Shown: in pieces, positions 11,264 to 24,158 of the stretch
How positions within the stretch are numbered: position 1 is the stretch's first letter
How the letters are laid out: each line of letters starts with the position of its first letter
Assembly: GCF_963921235.1 (NCBI RefSeq)
Contig: NC_086097.1
Coordinates: forward strand, 231,696,001 to 231,760,000
Direction of reading: 5' to 3'
DNA from: Mobula hypostoma
Taxonomy: Eukaryota
Length of the DNA: 64,000 nt
Position numbers and translations under genes: made by a program
The notes under the pieces: generated by a model
The model's input: the letters and a program-made list of their open reading frames with translations, nothing else
What the model was told of the DNA's origin: nothing
The model's database searches: none

Positions 11264-13359
11264 CTTTCAAGGAAAGAATGGACAAACTCCTTACTGACAG
11301 CCGCTGGAATCAAACCCGATCTTATAGCCAACACCATAGAGAGTTGCGCTAACCACTAAGTTACTTCCTATTCCATATGCTACCGTGCTGCCTTATAACC
11401 ATGGCAAGGAAGGTTTTACAAACACATAATGCATATAGAATTTAACTATGTTCATAAAGCCCCCACCTGCATGAATTCCATTCTATTCCCACACTCATCT
11501 GTACAAGGGATAATGTGCAATGACCGATTAAACTACAAACCAGTGCACCTTTGTGATGGAGCTTGGGAGAAATCCACATGGGCTCAGGGAGAACAGGGAA
11601 ACTCCACGTAGACAGCTCCAAAAGCCAGGATTGAATTCTGGTTGTTGGACCTAAGAGGCCAATGCTCTATTAGCTGTGCCGGTCTAGAACCCCACAAAAT
11701 GCAAGATTCCTTTTGTAAAATGGATTACTTTTTCCCCATGCAAAAAAAAAGATAAAAGGATCCATAATTGTTGATTGAATAGGATGGAGAAGCGTTTCCA
11801 ATTGGTGTAATAATATGAGCCATTGATAGTGTGCATTGCAAATTCATCTTGCCTGATAAAGGGCAACGCACACAAAATGCTGGAGGAACACAGCATAATG
11901 GTGGGAGATTGCAGAACTCTGAGAAGCAGAGGAAACCGGGTGTTTCAGTGCTCGGCTTGTAACAGGTCAATATGCAGCTGCAACACAAAATTAGGAAAGT
12001 AGTCCCCAGCACATCCTTAGGCCATGTTGGTTGTTAATGCGAACGACACATTTCACTGTATGTTTTGATGATCATGTGATATGTCAATCAAGATTCAAAG
12101 TTTCAAAGTACATTTATTATCAACGTATGTATACCTTGAGATTTGCTTTCTTCCAAGCATCCACAGAACAAGCAAACCCCGTAGAACCCATTAAAACAAA
12201 AGACCATCGAACACCCAATGCGCAGAGAGGAAAAAGAAGTTCAAAAGCTCGACTCCAAATCTGAATCCCCACTGAGAGTCAAGACCAGAGGAGGGCTTTC
12301 AAGGACAGAGGGGCAGAGTTCTTTATTTCATCAAACATTGCACCACATGACACAATCTCTGTGTGACCCCTGTGCCGCCAAGTCTGAGTAGGCTGCACTA
12401 TAACTTGGAGATTTTGAGCAGATTGAAAAACTCCGATGAGTCCTATGTCACAGTGGCAATGAAGCTACCCAGACGTACAACTTCATTGGAGTGTACCAGC
12501 ATTCTGAGTTTTTTATTATAAAAGTTAAATTAAAGTTCTCTCTTCATTTGGAAACTTTAATTGGGTCTTCTAATAAAAGAGCTGACATTCCACTGTACCT
12601 TTTGTTTGCAATTTAACGGCGATATCAGAACTTTGCACGGCAGCAAGTTGCAAGCTGTAGGCATCACAAGGTCACACACGTGCATGCTCGGTGACGCTTT
12701 GCCAGGCTTCTTATCTGCAATGTAACAAGTACCAAGGTCACTCTGTTTTGTTAGCAGCCGATCCAGTTGAGAAGCAAAACTTCATGGAGATTGCAGTCTC
12801 TGCCAAAGACATAACAGTAATTTCAAAATGAGACAAAGTAAGATGAACTGTAAACAAAGAAAAAAAATAAGAACATTTCTATTATGTTAAAGATCAGATG
12901 TTGGGGTTATGCTGGTGCAAGCTCAATTTAATTTCAAGATAACTCCATAGTTCTAAACTATTTGCTCTAATGAATTGGAGTGCAAAGCGAGGAGATGACT
13001 AAGTTGAATGCCGATGTTATATTTAATGATTAACAATTCACCAGAAATGGTCCGTAACCTGGAAGCAGACCGACACATGGCCTCAATTATTCGCTGTATA
13101 ATTCCATTTCATACTGTAATTAACACCAAAACCAAAGATAACAAACCCTCTCTGTGAAACTTGGGAAGCAAACTACGGATAAATAGGATGAGCTCCTGAG
13201 AGAATTAAAGGTAGAACCGAATAAAATAAAATAGCTGAAGAAATGTATAATAAAAGGATATCCCTCCGAGCAGGGGGCCGAGCAAGAACATGACAGCAGA
13301 ATAAAAAAATTGAAAACAATTAAGGAGAAAGCAGATAATGCAAGTTAAAAAAATCTTCA

Positions 13360-14042
13360 GATGTGGATATCAGTAAGATTGAAAGAGTACAGAGTAAATT
13401 TACAAGGATGTTGCTGGGACTGGATGACCTGAGTTATAGGGAAAACTAGGGAACGAGCTGCCATCTGACGTGGTAAATGCGGGCTCACTCTTAAGTTTTA
13501 AGAACAAATTCGATAGATACATGGATGGGAGAGGTCTGGAGGGCTATGGACTGGGTGCGGGTCAATGGGACTAGTGGAATAAAGTTTTGGCGCAGACTAG
13601 AAGGGCCGAATGGGCTGTTTTCTGTGCTGTAGTGTTCTATGGTTCTATGGAAAGGTTGAAAAGATTTGGACTTTATCCTCTGAAGTGCTAGAGAATTTGA
13701 CAGATGGATACAAAATTATGAGGGATGTAAACAGGACAGATGCAAGCAGGCTATTTCCATTGAGGTTAGGTGAGACGAGAATTAGGGGTCATAGGTTAAG
13801 GGTGAAAGGTGAAATCTGTGGAATAACTCCTTCACTCAATGGATGGGGAGAGTGTGGAATGAGCTACCAGCGGAAGTGATGGGTGCAGGTTCGATTTAAA
13901 TATTTAAGAGAAATTTGGATAAATACGTGACTGGAAGAGGTGTGAAAGGCAATGTTCCATGTGCAGGTCAATGGGACTGGGCAGGATAACAGTTCGGCAT
14001 GGACTGACTGGGCCAAGGTGCCTGTTTCTGTGCTCTATGACC
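13360..14042 (+). mobile_element. CR1 3' fragment with a second CR1 3' end nested at ~13445-13648
   Basis: Host reads ..gagttataggga|aaggttgaa.. across the insert; GGAAA occurs at both junctions; insert ends in gttctatggttctat. Confidence 0.8.
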
Positions 14043-14911
14043 CTAGGTTGGAAATCTGAAATAATATTCGAAAACTCAATGGGTCTGGCAGCATCAGTGG
14101 AAAGAGAAACCAATCTAATGTTTTAGGTCCAGTAACCATTGTCAGATTTTGAGGAGAGACAGTCATGTCTCTCCTCATATCATTTAAGACTAATAAAATA
14201 ATAATGAGCACAATGTAACAGTAAGGCCCTTTGTGCAAGGTATTCAAAATAATTCCTCTCTGTTCATGGATTCAGGAATCTGATACTTTAGAGGGTATTT
14301 TGGGTAGAAGTATTAGGAAGGATTGAAATGACAGTGGCAGTAAATTAATTCTATTCATTAGTCTTCCAAATGGGAGTCTATGTAAACAATAAAATATTTT
14401 TAATCAGTTCAGCTCCTGAATCACGGAAAAACCAGTAAAAGCCGATTTTGAAATGCTGAAAGACAGTAAAAGATGATTTTGAAGACGCCAGGCTTTCTTC
14501 TTGCTACCAGCATTGGGCAGAAGGTAAGGGAGCCTTAGATCCCACACCACCGGTTTCAGGAACAGTTACTACCCTACACCTATCAGGCTCCTGATATAGT
14601 GTGGATAACTTCACTCACCTCAACTCTGAATGGATCCCACAACCTACGGACTCACTTTCTGGGATTCGACAACTCATCCTCTCAGAGTCATTTATATAGT
14701 TTTTGTACAATTTGTCTTCTTTTGCACGTTGGTTGTTTGACAGCTTTTATTTATGTATAGTTTTTCATAAGTTCTATTGAATTTCTTCAGTCTTCTGTAA
14801 ATGCCTGCAAGAAGATGAATCTGAAAGAAGTATATGCTGATATATTCATAATTTAATCATAAATTTTCTTTGAATTCGACTTTAATGAAAGGTTTTCTTT
14901 TATCTTTCAAG

Positions 14912-14973
14912 GGAAGAGTTTATGAAAACACAAACCTGGAAGAGAGCAACGAGCTATTTAGACAATATAAATT
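14912..14973 (+). CDS. Candidate 62-nt internal exon of an unidentified host gene
   Basis: Strong acceptor ggttttcttttatctttcaag| and donor att|gtgagt; two open frames (GRVYENTNLEESNELFRQYK or EEFMKTQTWKRATSYLDNIN); non-repeat context. Confidence 0.4.
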
Positions 14974-15432
14974 GTGAGTAGTTTATTTGTTTATAATTAG
15001 CAGATGGCACACAAAGACAAAATGTCCAGTGGATTAACTGAGCAATAAAAAACAAATAATGACTTTTTTCAGCCTGTTGGTGCAACCTTTGTCATTTTCG
15101 TAAGCTGACCAACGGTTAACCTCTGGCACAGTGAGGAGACCTCGGTAATTCTCTTGCTGCTTAACCCTTCCACTGATGGTCTGAAACAAACCTATCGCCG
15201 ATAGCTTTAGAGAGAATTTCTGGTGAGATGCTCTTCTGACAAAAGATTACCCACCACATGTGTCCTTGCTCATTGATCTGGTGCCATTCTGCTTCTGGAA
15301 TCTCCACCAAAAGCTGAGCACCCAGATACAAGGCTATGGGCCAAATATAGGTCAATAAGGCCAGCCTACATATGTACAGTGGTCATCATATAATAGTGGA
15401 ATGAAGGGTCTTTTCCCATATGATATAACTTT

Positions 15433-15945
15433 GTGCACTTGTTCTGGTCACCTCACTATAGGAAGGAAGTGGAAGCATTGGAAAGGCTACACAGGAGATT
15501 TACCAGGATGCTGCCTGGTTTAGAGAGTATGCATTATGATCAGAGATTAAGGGAGCTAGGGCTTTACTCTTTGGAGAGGAGGAGGATGAGCGGAGACATG
15601 ATAGAGGTATACAAGATATTAGGAGGAATAGACATAGTGGATAGCCAGTGCCTCTTCCCCAGGGCACCACTGCTCAATGCAAGAGGACATGGCTTTAAGG
15701 TAAGGGGTGGGAAGTTCAAGGGGGATATTAGAGGAAGGTTTTTTACTCAGAGAGTGGTTGGTGAGTGGAATGCACTGCCTGAGTCAGTGGTGGAGGCAGA
15801 TACACCAGTGAAATTTAAGAGACTGCTGGACAGGTATATGGAGGAATTTAAGGTGGGGGGTTATATGGGAGGCAGGGTTTGAGGGTCGGCACAACATTGT
15901 GGGCCGAAGGGACTGTACTGTGCTGTACTATTCTATGTTCTATGT
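15433..15945 (+). mobile_element. CR1 LINE 3' fragment
   Basis: ORF 15433-15882 [32 protein letters not shown]; ttctatgttctatg tail. Confidence 0.93.
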
Positions 15946-16107
15946 TGTCCCAGTCATGGTGCTGTAGCAAGCATAGGAAGGTAAGTTAAATTTACATTTA
16001 TCTAAATTAGATTGAAAAGTTAAGTGTGAATAATTAAAATAAAATGATTTATTAAAAAGTTGAATATGTTCTTTTATTTAACTGTAAACATTAAGTAAAA
16101 TGAAGTC

Positions 16108-16312
16108 CTGGCCAGCCGGTGGTGTAGTACCAACAGCACTGGACTTCGAGGTGGGTGGTTTGAATCCAGACGGCTTCTTGCGTGCTTTCCATCCACGCTG
16201 GATTGAGCATCAGCTGGCGACTCGGCCTCAGAAGGAACAGACAAAGTGCTCAAGAAATGGCAAGGTTGCCGCCCGATGTACCACAAGGTGTGGAGAGGAA
16301 CAACAACAAAAC
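16108..16312 (+). mobile_element. tRNA-derived SINE with (CAA)n tail
   Basis: gccggtggtgtagt head and gaaatggcaaggttgcc..ggaacaacaac end; second copy at 63716-63931 (-). Confidence 0.7.
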
Positions 16313-17267
16313 CAGGTCCTGATGAGGGGCCTCGACCTAATTCGACTTTCCATAGTTGCTTGCCTGATCTAGGTGTAGGCCATGTGCTGTTCTCATTGCT
16401 GATATCAGGAAGGAAATACAGGAGCCTTAGGTCCCACACCACCAGTTTCAGGAACAGTTACTACCCTTCAACCACCAAGGTCTTGTACAAGTGTGGAAAA
16501 CTTCACTCACCTCAACACTGAACTGATCACTGAATCCAACCTATGGACTCACTTCCAAGGCCTCTACAACTCATGATCTCAAAATTATTTATTTAGTTAT
16601 TATTACACTTACTTTTGCTTTCACACAATTTGTTAGTCTTTATTTGTGTGTAGCTTTTCATTGATTCTATTGTACTTGTTTGTTCTACTGTGAATGCCAG
16701 TAAGAAAATTAATCTCAGGGTAGTTTTTAGCAACATTTACGTACTTTAATAATAAATTTACTCTGAATCTTGACCTGCTGAGTTCCTCCAGCATTTTGTG
16801 AGTTTTGTTTCTCATTCCCTTTGTTTTACTTAATGTTTATAGTTAACTCATATCACAAAAGTATAAAAAATAACTGTACTTTAAAAAAATAATTTTATTA
16901 TAATTATTCAATAATTTAACTATTTTGTTCAATATATTGAACTGTTTATACATTCCTTTGGCTATCACAGATGTTTTGAAGTGGTTCATTATTTTTTGAC
17001 CATAGCAGTGAGGCCTCTGAGATAATTGGATGTTCAAGGCCACAATATATAAAAGAGATTGCAGTTAGTTCAGGGAGGATGGGTGTGTGTGTGGGGGGTG
17101 GGGGTGAGTTGAGTTGGAGTATGGGGTAGGGATAGTGGCAAGGACAGGAAGATGGCTAGGCTATACTCGATCCAGCCCTATATTTTCTTTTGTTCAGCTG
17201 GCTTGACATCAAGGTTAGATCTGCTCCTATCATGCCATTTGGAATACTTGCTGAACAACCTGGCCAA

Positions 17268-18580
17268 TAGAGTCACAAAATCAGGCCCTTTGGCCCATCT
17301 AGTATGTGCCAACCTGGTCTTCTGCCTAGTCCCATCTACCCACACCCAGATCATAAAGAAGTTCCCCTCAGAATTCTCTTAAATAATACATCTTTCAACC
17401 TAAACCTCTCATACTCATCTCATCCAATGTGAGGGGGAGAAGCCTGCACTCATTTACCCTACTCCCGCAACATCCATGTTATTTTTTCTGCATTCCTTCA
17501 AGCTAATTGATACCTTTCCTGTGGGTGGATGATCAAAACTGCATATAATATCCCAAATTCAGCCTCACCAATCTCAGCATAATGTCCTGACTCCTGTACT
17601 CAGTGCCCTGATTTATGAAGGCCATTGTGCCCAAAATTTTCTTTACAACCTTATCTACCTGTAATGTCACTTTCAAAGAGTTAGGAAGACTAAGCCTGCG
17701 CTGCTCCCTGTTACTATTGACGGTGAGGACGTGGATGTGGTGAGGACCTGGGTGTGCACCTGGATGACAGACTTGAGTGGAACACCAACACAGAGGCCGT
17801 GTACAAGAAGGGCCAGAGTCACCTTGACTTCCTGAGGAGACTGAGATCCTTTCGAGTACGGAGGCCACTCCTTCGCATGTTCTAAAAGTCTGTTGTTGCC
17901 AGTACAATCTTCTATGCAGTGGTGTGCTGGGGCAATGGCATCAACATGGGTGATGCTAACAGGCTCAATAAACACATTAGGAAGGCTGGCTCTGTTATAG
18001 GGGTCAAACTGGGCACACTGGAGGCTGTGGTAGAACAAAAGACCCTACGGAAAATCCTGGCAGTTCTGGACAATGTTTCTCACTCTCTGCATGCCATTTT
18101 GGTAGGAGAGAGAAGCACTTTTAGTAACAGACTAAGACAACTGCGTGGCTCCAAAGAGTGCAATATGAGGTCATTCTTACCCTCGGCCATTAGGCTCTAC
18201 AATGAGTCAACCTATAGCTGGGAAAGTGATGATCCCCTCCTGTTGGACTGTTTGAGATAACTTTTTTATATTCTTTCTTATTTCTCTTCTAATATTTGAT
18301 ATTTGTATATCTGTGCACTTGTAATGCTACTGTGAGACTGTAATTTCCTTTGGGATCAATAAAGTATCTATCTGTATACAAGGTCTCTTTGTTCTACTGC
18401 ACCTCCTCACAGCCTTATCATTCATTATGTAAATGCAACCCTGGTTCGTTCTTCCAAAGTGCAACACCTCACACTCGTCAGAATTGAATTCTACCTGCTA
18501 TTTTTTAGCCCCTTTCCCCATCTAGTCGAGATCACACTGCAAACTTTAAAAGCCTTCCTGACTGTCCACGATTCCACCAA
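17268..18580 (-). mobile_element. Degenerate CR1 LINE split by a Rex1/Babar insertion
   Basis: CR1 coding motifs on the minus strand (LKVTLQVDKVVKK..AFINQGTEY..YMQF) at 17268-17677, resuming at 18376-18580. Confidence 0.75.
17678..18374 (+). mobile_element. Rex1/Babar LINE 3' fragment
   Basis: VVCWGNGINMGDANRLNKHIRKAGSVIG..RSFLPSAIRLYN; 3' end gggatcaataaagtatctatct. Confidence 0.85.
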
Positions 18581-18838
18581 CAAAATGTTATTTTTTATGC
18601 CAGTCCCATTTCTGAAGCAGAAGACATCAGATACCTTAATTGGTAAAGACAGGTTGTGAGAAACCACCCTGATCAGGATCTAATTTCTGCACAACGTAAA
18701 AGATTGACAGTTGACCTCAGCAACCTCGTTGCTGATGCCACTATCCAGAGAACTCTGCTGCAGCATATATATTGGGCACTGGTTAAACACCAAGCACTTT
18801 CTCAGCTAACAGCTCATGAGAAGAAATCAGAAGTGGGA

Positions 18839-19436
18839 TGAATAAACTGGACTGGTCAAAGAACACTGAGGCTGTCTACAAGAAGGGTCAGAGCCATCTC
18901 TATTTCCTGAGGAGACTGAGGTCCTTTAACATCTGTCGGACGATGCTGAGGATATTCTACGAGTCTGTGGCGGCCAGTGCTATCATGTTTGCTGTTGTGT
19001 GCTGGGGCAGCAGGCTGAGGGTAGCAGACACCAACAGAATCAACAAACTCATTCGTAAGGCCAGTGATGTTGTGGGGATGGAACTGGACTCTCTCACGGT
19101 GGTGTCTGAAAAGAGGATGCTGTCCAAGTTGCATGCCATCTTGGTCAATGTCTCCCATCTTCTACATAATGTACTGGTTGGGCACAGGAGTACATTCACC
19201 CAGAGACTCATTCCACCGAGATGCAACACAGAGCGTCATAGGAAGTCATTCCTGCCTGTGGCCATCAAACTTTACAACTCCTCTCTTGGAGGGTCAGACA
19301 CCCTGAGCCAATAGGCTGGTCCTGGACTTATTTACTGGCATAATTTACATATTATTACTTAATTATTTATGGTGTAACTGTAACAAAAACCAATTTCCCC
19401 CGGGATCAATAAAGTATGACTATGACTATGACTATG
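18839..19436 (+). mobile_element. Rex1/Babar LINE 3' fragment (young family)
   Basis: ORF 18838-19314 NKLDWSKNTEAVYKKGQSHLYFLRRLRSF..KSFLPVAIKLYN; (CTATGA)n tail; near-identical to 42130-42600 and 51039-52645. Confidence 0.9.
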
Positions 19437-19581
19437 AATATCTAATACACTGGGAGATTTTATTTCATTTAAATGTTAATACATTAGCGTATTCAGGAAA
19501 GTGAACTGACTTTTTACATCACCTACTAAGATTCCTTGCAATCTAAGCAAAATGACATAGAATAGAGCAAACACAAACAGA

Positions 19582-20965
19582 TTACTAACGTTGTTCTGCC
19601 ATTTAAAAAGGCTCTACGAATAAACCAGGAAATTACAGGCCAGTGAGCCTGACATCAGCAGTTGGAAAGTTATTGGAAGGTATTCTAAGGAACCAGATAT
19701 ATAAACATTTGGATAGACAGGGACTGATTAGGGATAGTCAGCATGGCTTTGTGTGTGGTAGGTCATGTCCGACCAAACATATAGAATTTTTCAATGTAGT
19801 TACGAGGAAAGTTGATGAAGGCAAGACAGTGGATGTTGTCCACATGGATTTCAATGAAGGTTTGGCATGGAAGGTTGGACAAGAATGTTCAGTTGCTTGG
19901 TATTTAAGATGAGGTAGTAAAATGGATTAGACATTGGCTTTGCAGGAGAAGACAGAGAATGGTCGTAGATGGTTAAATCTGACTGGAGCCCCGTGACTAG
20001 TGTTGTGCAGCAGGGATTGACGCTGTGCCCATTGCTGTTCTTCACCTATATCAAAGATCTGGATGATAATGTGCTTAACTGAATCAGCAAATCTGTTGAT
20101 GGCACCAAGATTGGGGACGTAGTGAATGGTGAGGAAGACTATCAGAGCTTGCAGTGGTATCTGGACCAACTGGAAAAATGGGCTGCAAAATGGCAGATGG
20201 AATTTGATACAGATAAGTGTGAGGTGTTGCCCTTTGGGAGAATCGGCCAGTGTAGGGCTTACACAATGAGTGGTAGAACAAACATGTGCATAGTTAATTA
20301 AAATGGTGTCACAGGTAGGTAGGGCCATAAAAAAAAGCTTTCAGCATATTGGCCTTCATAAATCAAAGTATTGAGTACAGGAGCTGGGATGTTATTTTGG
20401 AGTTGTGTAAGATGTTGGTGAGGCCTAATTTGGAGTACCGTATGCAGTTTTGGTCACCTACCTACAGAAAGATGTAAATAAGATTGAAAGAGTACAGAGA
20501 AAATTTACTAAGATGTTGCTGGGACTGGAGGACCTGAGTTAGAAGAAAATATTGAATAAGCTATAACTATATTCCCTAGAACATAGAATGTTGAGAGGAG
20601 ACTTGATATAGAGGTATAAAAATTATGAGAGATATAGGAAGGGAAAATGCAAGCTGAGGTTGGCTGAGAGGAGAACCAGAGTTCATGGATTAAGGTGAAA
20701 GGTGAAATTTTTAAGGGAAACATGAGGGGAAATTTCATCCCTCAGAGGGTGGTGGGAGTGTGGAATGAGAGGCCAGTGCAAGGGATGGATTCAATTTTCA
20801 TTTCAATGTTTAAGAGAAGTTTAGATAGGTACATGGACATGAGGGGTATGGAGAGATATGATCTGGGTGCAGGTCAATGGGACTAGGCAGTTTAAATGGT
20901 TTGGCACAGACTAGATGGGCTGAAGGGCCTGTTTCTGGGCTGTAGTTTTCTATGCCTCTGTGACT
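19582..20965 (+). mobile_element. CR1 LINE fragment, degenerate
   Basis: PGNYRPVSLTS..SQHGFV, then RT and C-terminal motifs with many stops and frameshifts. Confidence 0.85.
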
Positions 20966-21463
20966 GCATACTAAATAAAGTACCTTCATGTTATCAGGAA
21001 TTTGTAAGATTTTGCAAGGAGAGCTTTTGTGGGATGAGGTGATATTGATAGTCTAGGCCTTGGAAGCAAACAGTAATGAAGGGATCACTGCCAGCTTTGT
21101 GCTTGTCTGAGCTCTTTGTCTCCGAATACAATTTTTCTCATTCAGCCAATGGTCGGGCTGGTGTACTGAAGGTGGTGACGAATTTCAGCATTGATGTTTG
21201 CCATTGTCAAGAGATTTGGGAAATAGCCTATATTTAGGAGGGATCTCTCAGAAATTATGTACTGGGGACAGTTGCTAAAAGACTTGTACCCTATGGATAT
21301 TGAACGTAAGGTCCATCTTTCCACATGCTTCAGTGAATGAGTCAATGATAGGTTGGAGCAAGTATCATCTATGTACTACAGCTTGGTGCAGGATCAGGTG
21401 ACGCTGGTCTGGAATGAAGTCTCTGTCGATTGAACAGTTTCTTATTAATTCTGAAGAGTAGAT

Positions 21464-21778
21464 TGGGGACAGCACAGAAGCGTAGTGGTTAGTGTAATAT
21501 TTTTACAGTGCCAGGTGCCAGGAATCAATTGCCACCGCTGTCTGCAAGGATGTTCTCCCTGTGACCACATGGTTTCCACTAGGTGCTCCCGTTTCCTGCC
21601 AATTTCCAAAGTACGGGGTTAGGTTTAGTGAGTGGTGTGCACGCTATATGCGTCAAAAGTGTGAACACACTTGGGGGCTGCCCCAAGCACATATTTGGAC
21701 AGAGTTGGTCGTTGATGCAAATAACATATTTGACCATGTGTTTCGATGTATTGATGTGAAAATTAAGGCTAATCTTTT
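21464..21778 (+). mobile_element. tRNA-derived SINE
   Basis: gcgtagtggttag head, V-domain-like core, ..aaggctaatctttt end; paralog of 9490-9780. Confidence 0.65.
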
Positions 21779-22462
21779 TAAAATAAGGTCTTTAATCTTT
21801 AGATTCAACCCTGAGGAGGTGAGGTGCAACAATGCTGTGAGAAAGATTGGGGAAAGTACTGGGGCAATCATGCAGCCTTAATTGACAACTGCCTTTACTG
21901 AATTTGGCTCTGTTGTTAACCTGTTGATTCATATCATAGCCACTGTGGAGAAAGCATAAACAGCTGTATCTGAGGAGGCTTCAGTGAGGTGGATTAAAGC
22001 CCTGTATTATAGCTCCAAATTGGATTCTCCTGATTAACTGGAAGGATTAGGGAATCACCTTTCCTAATATTGGAATCCTATTATCCTAATATTCCTAATC
22101 CTAGGCTTGAACTAAAAGGAGATGGCAACATTGGGCAGGTCACATCAAAAACAGTTACTTTCCCCAATAGTAAGGCTGATCAACATCTCCTCCCTCTAAT
22201 CCACCCCTCCACATCCCCACAACCATGACTATCATTTCCTGTCAGAGTCACCTTATGTACAGACACTCCTGTGCCTTAAGCTTTTCATGGACATACAATC
22301 AATCTATGTATATAAAGTATCATATTGGAGTTTTTTTATTATTGTGTTCTTTATCTTATTGTGTTTTTTTGTGTTGCATCAAATCTGGAGTAACAATTAT
22401 TTTGTTCTCCTTTACACTTGCAGCCTGGAAATGACATTAAACTAACTTGAATCTTAAACCTT

Positions 22463-22690
22463 GCATGCCTGACCCCAGACTCTCAAAACAGATCATCTGT
22501 TCTGATTTAAATTACCAGGCAGGTAAAGTATACAATTGAAAGGTATACTTGCTCAGAAGTTTCCTGAAGAAACACCACATCCCCACTAATGCCAGGGAAT
22601 CTCCAGCCCATGGCTGCTCAAAATGGAAATGGTGTGTTTGGGATGGGATTGAGAACCTCAGAGCTGTGCATTGGGGACACACAGCAATCT
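22463..22690 (+). mobile_element. RTE-clade LINE ORF C-terminal remnant
   Basis: MPDPRLSKQII.SDL..SFLKKHHIPTNARESPAHGCSKWKWCVWDGIENL resembles the RTE C-terminus pattern RMPD.RLPKQ..LK...I....WE.LA.DR..WR. Confidence 0.55.
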
Positions 22691-23412
22691 GTGCAAGTAG
22701 ATTCAGATTGATTTATCATATGTACATGAAAGTGAAATGAGTTGTTTGTGATAACAACCAACACACCCAAGTTTGTGCTGGAGGCAGGCCACATTCCAGC
22801 ACCAACATATCATCCTCACAATGTTCTATAGTAGTGAAGGCTGTGCATTAGTTTATAATCCATCCACTCATTTGTCCTCTCAAGTACCTCCTGCCCTGCC
22901 TGTGGTTGAGCCTGGGATTCCTGCATTGGCCTTAATAATGACCTATGAATCCCCAAAACAGAGTGAAAGCAGGTGATCCTTGAATCTGATGAACAGATTA
23001 GGAAGAAAGCATGGTGCAGGATCAGGTGACATTGAGACCTGATGAATCACTTCAATCTCAATTTATAATCCTGAAAGTGAAATAAATTTTCAGATGCTGA
23101 GGTTTCATTCAAAAGCCAATTGACATGACCTGTTTAAACTTGGAAGAGGCTTGTTTAGTAATCCACAGACCAAATAAATTTCAGAACAATAAACTTCTCC
23201 ATCACTCTTGAAGTGTTAAGAATTCCACTTTGTTATGTTAATCCTAGAGAGGAAATTGGATAAACATTTGTGAGAGAATAATTTGCAGATCTTTGGGGAA
23301 AGAGTGGGGGGTTGGGAGTGATGGTATTGCTCTGACACTCACTGACTGGGCTGCTGCCATACACTTGTGTTGTTACAATTCAATAATTGTAATGTTACAT
23401 CAGTAGAAGTAT

Positions 23413-24158
23413 AAACACAGGAGACTCTGTGGATGCTGAAAATACAGAGCAACACAGTGCTAAAGGAACTCGGACTGCCAGGCAGAACCTATGGAGGGGA
23501 ATAAACAGATGCTACGTCAGGCCGAGACCCTTCATCAGGACTGGAAGAAAAGGTGGGGAGAAGGGAAGGAGTACAAGCAGGCAGCTGATAGGTGAAACCA
23601 AGTGAGGGGGAAGTGGGCTGGATGAAATAAGAAACTGAGAGGTGATAGGTGGAAGAGGTAAAGGGCTGAAGAAGAAGGAATCTGATAGGAGATGGACTGG
23701 ACTAGGGAGAAAGGGGAGCACCAGACAAAGTTGATAGGCAGGTGAGGAGAAGAGGTAAGAGGGGAGCCAGAATAGGGAAAGGAAAAAAGGGAGAAGGGGG
23801 AAGGGGGAGAAATGACTGGAAATTCAGAAAATCGATGTTCATGCCAACAGGCTATGTAGGACAAATATGAGGTTTTGCTTCTCCCCGCTGAGAATGGCCT
23901 CGTCGTGACTGTCGAGGAGACCATGGACTGACAGGTCTGAGTGGGAATGGAAAGTAGAATTAAAATGGATGGCCACCAGGAAAACCTGTTTTTTTTTGTG
24001 GCAGATGGATTGAAGGTGCTCAATGAAGTGGTCCCCCAATCTATGTTGGGTCTCACTGAAGTAGAGGAGGCCATAATGGGAGCACTGGATACAGTAGACG
24101 ACCCTGTCAGACTCTCAGTTGAAGTGTCGCATCACCTGGAAGGACTGTTTTGGGTTCA
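23413..24158 (-). mobile_element. Penelope-like element 3' fragment: GIY-YIG endonuclease remnant, pyrimidine-rich 3' UTR and pseudo-LTR
   Basis: Minus strand PKQSFQVMRHFN*ESDRVVYCIQCSHYGLLYFSETQHRLG/DHFIEHL..VAIHFNS..HSHSDLSVHGL..EKQNLIF; then CT-rich tract and agtcCTGATGAagggtctcggcct hammerhead remnant at ~23517-23542. Confidence 0.85.

Noticed and set aside
21238..21305. Possible exon RDLSEIMYWGQLLKDLYPMDIE ending at gtaagg
   Set aside because: Acceptor lacks a pyrimidine tract; insufficient support
22986..23085. CTGATGA...GAAA as additional hammerhead ribozymes
   Set aside because: No correctly registered stem II or stem I; treated instead under the box C/D-like finding
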